Shown here: piece after piece, positions 12,871-24,000 of the stretch
Layout of the letters: each line of letters starts with the position of its first letter
How positions within the stretch are numbered: the stretch's first letter is position 1
Origin: Fistulifera solaris
Taxonomy: Eukaryota
DNA length: 64,000 nucleotides
Assembly: GCA_030295235.1 (NCBI GenBank)
Contig: AP026134.1
Coordinates: forward strand, 434,001-498,000
Direction: 5' to 3'
The notes under the pieces: generated by a model
What the model was told of the DNA's origin: nothing
The model's input: only the letters and a program-made list of their open reading frames with translations
Database searches by the model: none
Made by a program: the position numbers and the translations under genes

Positions 12871-13150
12871 CCCCAGATTATCTGGGGATGTGAGAACACC
12901 GCACTCCCAAATTTTCCATGTAATTGAAAACACAGCACCCACAGATTTTCTTTGTATGTGAAAACATCACACCCCCAGATTTTCTGGGTATTTAAAAAAC
13001 TAAATTACCAGATTTTCTGGGAATGTGAAAAACTAAATTACCAGATTTTCTGGGAATGTGAAAAACTAAACAAGCAGATTTTCTGGGAATGTGAAAAACT
13101 AAACAAGCAGATTTTCTGGGTATTTGAAAAACCACAGGACCAGATTTTCT
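12871..13150. repeat. Tandem array of ~8.3 units of 33-34 bp (cagattttctgggaatgtgaaaaactaaaYWaS) with an internal palindrome
   Basis: Unit starts at 12874, 12908, 12942, 12976, 13009, 13042, 13075, 13108 and 13141. The core (C)CAGA-TTT-TCTG(G) is a dyad. Confidence 0.95.
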
Positions 13151-13318
13151 GTGCAGCAAGGAAAGGGAATGACCCGCATGAATTCAAAATTATGGTCGGA
13201 GACTTCGTTATTGATTATGGCTACCATAATCAATATTCGTGCTATTTCACTTTTTCCCTCCATTTTCTTGGCTTTCCCGATTATTCCTTTCATTTCCCAA
13301 AAAACAATAATTGCATTC

Positions 13319-16300
13319 ATGTTACATGACAACGATAACAAAGGCACTCGCGTCTGGGTAAAACGATCCTTGTTTCCCGTGCAGGAGTCGACTACCCGCA
13401 AAGTTGTCCGAGCGACCAGCAACGATGAGCTCGACCGTCGCTTGTCGAAGAAAAGCATCGTGCGTTCCCACTCGGGAGATGAAATACTATTCCCCTCACG
13501 AAAGAGGTCAAGTCGACTTGCATCCAATGGTGTCGAGGAATATGAGTGGGCGTTAGGGTGGATGAACGAACCAGAAACAGACGAAACTATTTCGATACGT
13601 CTGGATGACAGTGAGAACAAAAATGGCCTTGTAAAGGTCACAACGATTACGCTTTCAAAGGAGAAAGTCGGAACAGAAGTTTTAATTGCGAATCCTACCC
13701 CCTTGGCTCCCAACGACTTGGTCACGTTAGATCATTTTCATGAACCGACGGTGGTCGAATGTTTGAGACGGCGATTCGAGCAAGGTCACATTTATACCAA
13801 CACTGGACCCGTTTTAATTGCCCTAAATCCCTTTCGAAATTTGGCCGAATTGTACGGAGAGGATGTTATGCGCATGTACTGGAATCATGCGGAACAACAA
13901 GTATTAGATCACGACGATCTATTGCCCCCACATGTGTACGCGATTGCCGACAATTCGTTCCGCAACATGATGCGTGGATTAGAAATGAGTGTCTCCTCCA
14001 AGAAAAATACCAACCAAAGTATTCTCGTCTCCGGAGAATCCGGAGCCGGGAAGACCGTGACGACCAAATATATCATGAAATATCTCGCAGCTCTATCGCA
14101 ACGGGCGCATCAATCCGCCTCGGGACGAACGCGGGCCTATTTGAACGTTCCGTCCCATTCATCGTCGCCCCCGACTTTACGTCGTCATTGTCAATCGAAG
14201 CGCAGGTATTACAAAGTAATCCTATTTTGGAGTCGTTCGGGAATGCTAGAACAATACGGAATGACAATTCGAGTCGCTTTGGAAAATTCATTCAAATGCA
14301 GTTTAGTGAAACGGGGCGTCTTTTGGGAACAGCAATTGAAACATATTTATTAGAGAAGGTGCGGGTCGTACACCAAAGTGAAGGAGAAAGGAATTATCAC
14401 ATCTTTTACGAGTTGCTGTCGTCTTCTGTATCCGAAGAAGAAAGTGTTCGTCTCCAAACTCGGAAACGAAAGCCTTCGGATTTTAAGCTATTGTCGAGTG
14501 GGACCTACGTACGGCGCGATGGTGTAAAAGACTCGGATACGTACCAGGATCTGCAAAAAGCAATGAAGATGATTGGATTTTCATCAGAAGAGATATCTGA
14601 CATTGTGAATGTGACCGCTGCTGTAATGCACGCATCGAACACAATATTCGATCCTAAAATTGACGAAGGATGCAGCGTGGCTCGTGATAATGTGCACTTG
14701 ACAGCTACGTGCCAACTTCTCGGTATTAAAATAGATGATTTTGAAGAGGCTCTTTGCTTCTTTTCTCGTATGGCTGGAGGGCAGGTATATAGGTCCCCAC
14801 AGACTGTGGAGAGAGCAGAGAAAGGTCTTGACGCTCTGCTCAAGGCAACATACGGCGCACTTTTTGAATTTCTGGTCAAACGAATCAATATTTCAATATC
14901 CGGTCACGAAAATGGCCATTCATCTGTGATCGGCGTTCTCGACATTTTCGGCTTTGAATCGTTTAGACAAATTCGTTTGAGCAGCTCTGTATCAATTACT
15001 GCAACGAAGTCTTACAGCAACAGTTCAATACGTTCATGTTAAAAAACGAACAGGCTGAATACATAAGCGAAGGTATCGATTGGGATTTTATTAAATTTCC
15101 CGAGAACCAGGATGTTCTCGATCTGATCGAGCATAAAACCGACGGCATTATGTCAATATTGGACGATATGTGCAAGGCTCCCGGGGCGTCGGACAAAGCT
15201 TTTGCGAGTGAAATCATTAAGCGGTGTGATAAACAGTCGTGCTTTACTGCAAATTTCAAAGACACATCGCCCTTATTTTCGGTCAAGCATTTCGCCGGGT
15301 CGGTCGAGTACACAACGGACGGGTTTTTAGAAAAGAATCGAAATGAGCTTCCCAAAGAAACCAGCGAATTGTTAAAAAGTAGCAGCAGCAAGTTTGTTCA
15401 TCAATTGGCAGATATCATTGTGGACTCTTCATCCAATGGAAATGTCGAAGCTTCGAAAACACGGACAGTGAAAACCGTCGGTGGTTTCTTTCGTCAACAG
15501 GTGAAGGATCTACGACAAAAAATTGATACAACGTATCCACACTACGTGCGATGTATCAAACCCAATTCCGCGTTAGTTCATAGTGAATATGATTCAGCAA
15601 TGGTCGCGCAACAGCTTCGATGCGGAGGTATTCTACAGGCCGTCAGTGTCACAAGGGACGGATTTACACTGCATTATAGCCACGAGGATTTCTTGCAGCG
15701 GTACCAGGTTCTTGTTGCCGAAAAGGCAGGTACAGTGACGGTTTCGAAACAAGCGATTGAGACCGAATGTAAGAAACTTGTCGATACTTTGCTCGGGCGG
15801 ATAGAGGAGGAAGAGCAATATCACTCGAACAAAGAAAGCACAAATGATCTAGCCACCGAAGTATCCGCCGTTGATAGAACCGATGTTTCCCAAGACAACG
15901 AGGCGCTGATTCAATTTGGCAAAACCAAGGTTTTATTGAAGCATCATGCTTTCCTGTTTCTGGAGCGTCAATTGGGTGCTGTACAAAACAGAAATGCAAC
16001 CATACTGAACACCGCTTTCCGGCGGCACTTTTGTCAAACGGCGTATCGCTGCGTTCGGGCGGCGTTTCGCGCGGAACTGGCGAGTCGTGGGACAACCTTT
16101 GAAGAGTGGTTCGAACATCGTGAAATCTATTACCGTCCCCGCGAAAAAGGCAGTCTGCGGATTCCGAATCTCGTGAGCCATCGCATGAAGATGTTCAATG
16201 CTGCTGCTGGTGGTAGGAAGAAGCGGAAGGAAGTTGCCGCTGACAACAAACGAATCGAATTGAAGAATCAAGTTTGGATCCTTCAGGACGATGGTCTTTT

Positions 16301-16349
16301 TAAGCGCAATCCCGACTATGTAGGTGAACCAATTGGAGCAAAACACTAA
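13319..16349 (+). CDS. Myosin heavy chain with N-terminal extension and very short tail; frameshifts near 14175 and 14970
   Basis: Motifs IYTNTGPVLIALNPF, PPHVYAIAD, GESGAGKT (P-loop), NPILESFGNA, NDNSSRFGK (switch I), YLLEKVRV, DIFGFE (switch II), PHYVRCIKPN and QFGKTKV. There is one IQ-like segment (ILNTAFRRHFCQTAY). Confidence 0.93.
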
Positions 16350-16530
16350 CAATCAGCTTGAGGTACTGATTGAAATTTAGCTACGCTGATCATCGTGGAC
16401 GAATTAACGAATCAAACATGGGAAGCTACATGTTTGGGGTATAACCCGATGACTTTAACTAATAACAACTCAGATTGCGCTTAGCTCGTGAGCCCAACTG
16501 ACTATTACTACAGGTATAAGGTTAGGATTG

Positions 16531-17398
16531 TTACGCGAAGACTTGCAGCACAACCATACCGACAATCATCAGTAGAATCGTTCTGAAGCAACAACAAACA
16601 AGAGAAAAGTGAGGTACTGTCGGGACAAACGAGAGATCCATCCAAGACGACTTACAATCCGGGTGCGGACGACTCCAGTCCCACCGTATCGGTATTCAAA
16701 TCCGAGACACCGCCCGCCGTCGGATCTTCACCGACGGGCGCCAGAACCAGCGCCGCCACTGGCGTAACCAACGGAGCAGCCACCGGTGTAACGATTGGTG
16801 TTGGCAAAACGATCATGACCGGTCCTCCGCTGGGAACGTCACTGGGTGCGTCGCTGAGGAAGTCACTGGGAGCATCGCTGGGCGCGTCGCTCAAAATGGG
16901 TTCTACTACTACTACTGGAGCGGGCAACGGAGCGGGCAATGGCTCAGGCACGGGAGCTGGAACCGGCACAGGAACATCGACAATGTCCTCACAGGCCAAC
17001 GGAGCATATCCCGATATTTCCACGTTTCGTTCTTCTCCCACGACCGAATTGTCTTGATCGATCAAAATTTGATAGGGATATCCGGCCGCGTAATAAGCAA
17101 TGCGACACGCCGCACCTTCCACGGGGCATCGCATGTAACACAACGAACTGATTTCCGTCATGTAATCCGACAACGACATTTCACCTCCTTGCGCGACGCC
17201 ATTTTTGACGCGAATGGATCGGACGGACGGGGCGGTCGAAATGCGGTTGGTCGTCAACGTGAACTGATAGCACGGCGGTGGAGTGAACTTGTTGTTGTTG
17301 GTCGTCCATTCACTCAAACCAGTCTCCCATCCGTCGGGGCATTGACTTAGTACGGTTGGAAGGAAGAGAAATGGAAGTAAGTTACACAGTTTCATCAT
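16531..17398 (-). CDS. Secreted, probably GPI-anchored Cys-domain + Pro/Ser-Asp-Ala-Pro-rich surface protein; intron 16583-16655
   Basis: Signal peptide MMKLCNLLPFLFLPTVLS, Cys-containing domain ending GYPYQILID, and PVPAP/SDAPSDAPSD linker. Splicing GTAAG...CAG gives a hydrophobic C-terminus ESSAPGLTILLMIVGMVVLQVFA*. Confidence 0.8.
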
Positions 17399-18011
17399 GG
17401 TTGAAGGAATCGTATGTAACGCAAAAGGGGGAAAGTGAGACGAAACACCCATACAACGCGACTTTGGAAAACGGTGCAGGTGCAAAAATAATAATGAGGC
17501 AAAGTACTCTTATCACGATACCGTTACGAATTACAAGAAAATGGAGAGTTGTTTGGCCCGTCCTACTCCGACTTGGCACTGTCTTGGAGCCGCTCTAAGA
17601 AAAAGACCGTTGGAACATTCGCAACGGAGAGTTAAAATTCGAAACGAATACAATCGTACTTCCATTATCCTCATTAATTTTCTTTCAAAAGAATACCTTA
17701 AGATTAATTAGGGGATTAAATACCGTGCATCTGGAGTACTTAAAACCCTCGAATTTCAGTCCATTCAGGTCCTGAGTGAAACGTCATCACCCTTCCACAC
17801 CAAGCAATAATAATGATGCGTGACACACGCCCGACGAAATCGAACCATGACAGATTGGGAGAATTCGTGCATTGCAAATATCATCAAACTATCCAGCCTA
17901 TGTAACTTGTAGTCTATTCCTATAAAACAAATCAGTCTACATACCTTTCTATCATTGTTTGTTGATTTTAGCAAAAACAACGTGTCGAACGACACACTTC
18001 ATTGCTTCAAC

Positions 18012-21000
18012 ATGCCCACGGAAGAATCATTGCCCCGCAGCGGAGCGTTACGGCCACCCGGTGAATTAGGACATGCCCTCTCTCCCAGCGAAAGTGATCT
18101 TTCCAAAGGAAAAGGAGGCAAACACTCCAAGGCACATCCCGCCGTCCTAAAAGCGTATCAAGATGAAGAGGCCGCGATCAAACGCAATCACCGTGCGCGA
18201 CATGCGGCGGCCACTCCCCGTCGATCGGTACCCTCTCGCTGGTGACGGCATTGTGTTACAACGGAATGCCCATTGTGGTCGGCACGACGCGTCATGGATG
18301 TTACGTGATTTGTCCTCAAACACATTTTCTCTATCAGACCTTGTCACTCGGCAGTTCCGCCGAAATCATTGCCCTCGTGTCGTGCGATGAAACGGGTCTT
18401 TTGGTCGTCGCGCATGCGGATGGATACCTACAAACCTATCTTCCCCGATCTTGTGATCCTGCTACCGAAAATTTCGGTCCGTATCGCTGGTGGGATGCGG
18501 CTTATTATGACTGTAAATCGTTGTTCTCGGCCAAGGACTTCAAGGGAGATTTGGATGTATCGTTATCGCACAATTATAAATTTCTTGTCGCACACGCCGA
18601 TCAACTGGCGGTCCTCAGCATTCACTCGTCTGTCGATGCGCAAGGACCCATGAAAGAAAGCAGAAATTGTGTGGACGACACAACTTCCCGGGAGAGTTGC
18701 CCTGGCCCGAATATCCGGAAATGCGCATTCCATGGCCGTAGTCTTGCAGAAGAATGCTGGCGACGACGATGATGGATCGGAGGGGGTGCATACGTTCGAT
18801 CGCGATTGGAATGATGGGAGTCAGGCGGATTCGTCGCTAGGACCAACACAAAGAGCAACATTGATGCGATCGACGTCGGTGGGAATTTTGTATCGACCCG
18901 GTCCTTTCCTAGTGCACAATGCCGCCGTCACGACCCTGTCCTTTCGAGGACTCGGCCACCTGCATTCCGTGGAGCGTGGAAATGATTTGCTGCTGACACA
19001 TTGTGCCCGTGACTCTGTGGCGCGTATCTTCGCTCAACACGACTGGAAAGAATTGGTGGATTGGACGACGTTGCGAAATACTCGTGTGGAATGGATCCGG
19101 GGCATATCGGCTTTCACTTTGGGTGATCTGGCGAGTCATCGATCCAGGAAAAGTGGCACTATGCCCAGGACCAAGTCGGAAGAAGATATGTATGAGATTC
19201 TGGGAAAAGGGGCACCTACACACTCGGTACCCAATCATGCGCAGCCATACTCGGGCGCTGGTGCGTGGATATCGGAATTGTCGTTTCAAGGGTCATTATC
19301 AACAATACGTCTTTCGCGGTTAACGTATCTTCAGCGCGGAATCGATGAAGCTTACCCAACTTTATTTGAATGTGTTTCTTCTCTGGTGCCGCCGAATACC
19401 TTCTTTTCACATGGAATCTTAGACACCATTAGTTGTGGTTTTTGTGTACAAGCCATTTGGCCTGCGTGGAATCCTTGGTTATCCGACACGAACAATAGAA
19501 CGGATGACACGGATACGTTGCGTGGTTCTGCCATGTCTTTTTTGGGTTTGTCGACTGGAATGAATTCAACCGGAGGACATTTTGGAGGTTCACTACTAGG
19601 AATAACCGAAACCCCTCCACTGGAGCTCCGAATCACGTGTACGCACCCCATGGGGGGAAGGATTATGTTGATAGGATTTCGGCTTCGAGGGGATGAAACA
19701 GCAATCGACGTTGAATTGCCCCGGAGGGCTGAGCTATCACTGGCAGATCTTGATCGTTTCATAGTATCGAAGACTGAGACTACTGCGCCTCAGGCTTCGC
19801 GTCAACACGAGTCTGGTAGGTTATCAGCTCGAGTCTCAACAACACTTCAATCGGTGGACGTTTTATGGCATCGTCCTGGTTCGTTCTTGCCGTCCACGTG
19901 GCAGCCCAAAGACGTAGATCGACTGGGCAAAGCACTTGCTGAAGCCACTGTTGTTCATGATGAGAGTTTATTGTCCGTCCCACTTGTTGAATCCCTTTTC
20001 ATCTTCCAAAAGAATTAAGACATGAGTCTATTACAGATGTCTTGTGGTGGCCAATTCGCGAGCCCAAATTTGGCGGCCAATCCTACCTGGCAGCAATCAC
20101 TACAGGTGGCTCAATCGTCATATTTTCCGTACCTCCACCCTACGGATTCCTGGAAACAAGTATGCCAGACAAGGATGAATGTTTCCCGGACGCAGATGAA
20201 GGGCGAATCTCTCATGCACACTCATTTACATCTGAGAAAAGTGTACGTACTCGATCCGAATACGAGGTTTTCATAACACCTGATCCAGATCACGGACTTG
20301 GTCTCCGTCTCGAGTCTAAAGTGGACGGCTTGTGTGCTGTCGCAGGGTCTTTCAAGAAGCATCCGTTGAATGGAGACATGCTTCCCGCAGAAAGAACTGG
20401 CATGATATGCCTGGGCGATGAATTGATTAGTGCGAACGGCATAGACTTGGAAAATCAACGATTCGAAGACATTATTGCTCGCGTGCGCGAAAGCGGTTTG
20501 TCTGCGGGGCCGGGAAATCCGATTTGTCTCAAGTTTCGTCCACTCCAGCAGATCTCAATTGTACAAAATATTGCTTCGAGAAGCACTTTCGAATCTGGTG
20601 ACGGGGGCCAAACGTCAAGTCATATTGATTTAAAAACCTCAAGCTCCATCGGAAGCATCAAATCCGCGTCGCAATGTGTCAGTTCCTTGGTGAGTTTTGG
20701 AAGAGCAGATACTTTTTCGAATGTAATCGCTGTTGTCGAAGGTGCACTTACGACAAGTAGTGGTCAGCACACATCCGACTGGCGATTCGTACTTGTCTCT
20801 CTATTCCAGTTGATAGAATCGTCAGGAAATGGCGCTTTGTTTATAGCCGTCAATGGCGCAGAGGTTCAAGTATTTTCTATTTTCCTCAATGAAGGTGCTA
20901 GTGGGGCCAAGTTTGAAAAGCTCGATCAATTGAATGTATCCGGAGGTAGCGATCGCTGCTACGCGTTGTCAACATTGAGAATATTCATTGGTGGTGTAGA

Positions 21001-24000
21001 ACTGGCTCTTTGGGATGTCAAGGGTAAGCTTTCTCTTCTTCGAATCTCCATAGACCAAGGAAAGGATAAGCGCTTGGGTGTCACTTTCAAGTTGTATGAG
21101 GGAGTCCAACTTTGTGAACCACCATCTCTTGTAAGGGGATATTCATATGCTTTGTTTGCGACGATGACAAATAGCGATGAAGGCCGTGGGAAGTCTATTG
21201 TTGTCTATTCGTGCACATCGCATTCAGGTCAGAAAGACGAAACTCAGTTCGCGTCGCAGGAAATAAGGATCTTATCCGATCCTAACGACGATCGAATAGT
21301 TGACTTTTGCTTTCTTTCGTCCGGTTATCTGGCGTCAGCACCGATTCTGGTTGTCTTTTCGTGCACAGGGTTAATTTTATACCGGAAAACCGCGTGTTCA
21401 ATGGTATGGACACCATCTCTGAAAATTTGGTACACAAAACTCAAAGATTCAAGACCATATTTCAGTATTCTGGATGATCTTACTGTTTATGAGTGCGTTC
21501 CAGGTATTTCGATGGTCGATTCTTTGCCTCATCTTCTGTCCGGCTTATCATTGACACATCAAGCCAAACATGAAGAAAACTGTCTCTTAAATGATTGGAG
21601 CCCTGAATCTCTTCTTGCCTACATATGTTGTGAAAGTAGAGGGATCAATCATGCGCTTCAGTCGTATGTGCTCGATATTATGCGTTGGGTTCATTCGGAA
21701 TGCAAAAGTTTCGGGTTTGATTTTTTTGGACAGGGCGCTTCCGTGCGCTCCAATAGACATATGTAAAAAACTGAATCTTCTTCATGCTGATCACGATAAT
21801 GAGGCAGTACATTCCACCGTTGACCATCGTCAAACCGGAAACAACGACGCGCTTGATGAATTTCTACGCGACATTTTGATTACTTTCGACGAGAAATGCC
21901 AGGTTGATGGGAAGGGTAGAAATGATACAAACAACGTAGCACCATCGACAGTTGATAAAGGCCCTAGTTCAATACTGCGTTTAGAATTCGACCTGCGAAT
22001 GTTCCATGCTATTGGTCAGCTTGCACTTGCACCCCCAAATTTCCAAGCGACTGATTCATGTGGTGAGCTTTTTCTTTTTGCTGCTTTTTTAATGCATCAA
22101 CTAGAACGAGATGCAGACAACCAGTGCGAGTTAAACAACGACACAGAATATGCGATGATCGACATTCCTCGACAGTCGCGCACCCAATTTTGACAGATTT
22201 TCACGTGGCATCTTCTGCTTGTCTAGCTGCTATGATCAGCTCGGACCAAGAAAACCTTCTTGAGCGGTGTCGACCATTATGGCAGAAGCTGAATTGGGAT
22301 AACGCAAAAAGCTCCGCATCCCTTTATGGTTGCGATCGGATGTAGCATTGGCAAAACTTTGCGAGGAAATCGGGCAAACATCGTTTCGACAAGGCAGAGA
22401 TGTCATGGATTGTGCAATTTTCTTCATTGCCTGCGGGAAGCTTAGGACTCTAACGAATCTCGCAGCAACTGATCAAAGCGAAGTGGGTAAAAAGTTTTTA
22501 AGTTTCTCACGTCCCATGACTTCGAAAGCACAAAAGGCCGTCTTGCAGCCGAAAAGAATGCCTTTAGTCTGCTACGGAAAAACAAACATCGTGCCGCTGC
22601 ATCATTTTTTCTTCTGTCTAAACCCCCGTCTCTAAAATCAGCAGTGGAGACCATCCTGACCAAACTTAACGACATCGATCTTGCCTTCCTTGTCATGAGG
22701 CTCATGACAAATATTGACGTATGCAAGGAGGCTAGTCCGTCACTTCTATCACTTGGAGGAGGATATACGGCTGCTAGTGCGTATAAAGTTGGAATTTCAG
22801 ACCATAATGAAAACCAGGAGCCGGACTTTCAAGATTGGCGCTCAGGACTAAGCATCTCTGCAAGAAATTTTTTGATTGACCGGCTGCTACCGATGGCCGT
22901 GGATGATAGTGCTTTGACGTCCGTAATCCTTTACTGGTTGAACGAAAAGACCTTTCTCCTTGGATTCTTTCCAAGACCGTGGGTATTGCTTTCGATAAGC
23001 AAGGGGGACATTCCCTTTTCAAAAAGGACGCCATGGATTGGATACCATCAGGATCATTTACGCGATCTTGCTTGGTTAGGAATGTCGACGTTCTTGCAAA
23101 ATCAAATCAAATCATCGATATCGTGTCAAGACCGACACTACTACTGCGTCTAAAATCACCGGACAAACCTCTACTCACCGCCGTATTGTCCACGTCTTCT
23201 ACCCTTTTAGCAAGCGGGCTTGAATTGCCAGCACTACAAACCTTGTTCAAACTCTCTCATGCCGTGCGGGATGGAGAAAAGAAGATTGCCGAAAGACCTC
23301 AAATGTCCAGTATTATCAAAAAATTTCACAACGTTTCACAGAGGACTTCCGTTCTCAATGTTCCGTATTCCTCCGGTGCGATGGATTCTTCAATTTGTGA
23401 CGATTTCGCTGGCCAGGCAAACCCGAATCAACAAACAAATCATTCTGCACCTGGTGCGATCGAATCGTCCATTTTCGATGATTTCGCTGGTCCACCAAAG
23501 CCAATTCAACAATCAAATCATTCTGCATCTGGTGCGATGGAATCATCCATTTTTGACGACTTCAGTGGTCCGCCAAAGCAAGCTCAACAACCAAACCATT
23601 CTGCACCTGGTGCGATGGAGTCGTCTATTTTTGATAGCTTCACTGGTCCACCAAAGCACGTTCAACAAACGAATCCTTCTGCATCTGGTGCGATGGAATC
23701 ATCCATTTTGACGACTTCAGTGGTCCACCAAAGCAAGCTCAACAACCAAACCATTCTGCACCTGGTGCGATGGAGTCGTCTATTTTTGATAGCTTCACTG
23801 GTCCACCAAAGCACGTTCAACAAACGAATCCTTCTGCATCTGGTGCGATGGAATCATCCATTTTGACGACTTCAGTGGTCCGCCAAAGCAAGCTCAACAA
23901 CCAAACCATTCTGCACCTGGTGCGATGGAGTCGTCTATTTTTGATAGCTTCACTGGTCCACCAAAGCACGTTCAACAAACGAGTCCTTCTGCATCCGGTG

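Noticed and set aside
12871..13150. CRISPR array
   Set aside because: The inter-core segments are short and similar to each other rather than unique spacers, there are no cas genes, and the context is eukaryotic.
12952..13329. 125-aa ORF with QIFWECEKLN repeats
   Set aside because: It is a by-product of the 33-bp period; the 34-bp units break the frame, so the repeat is not under coding constraint.
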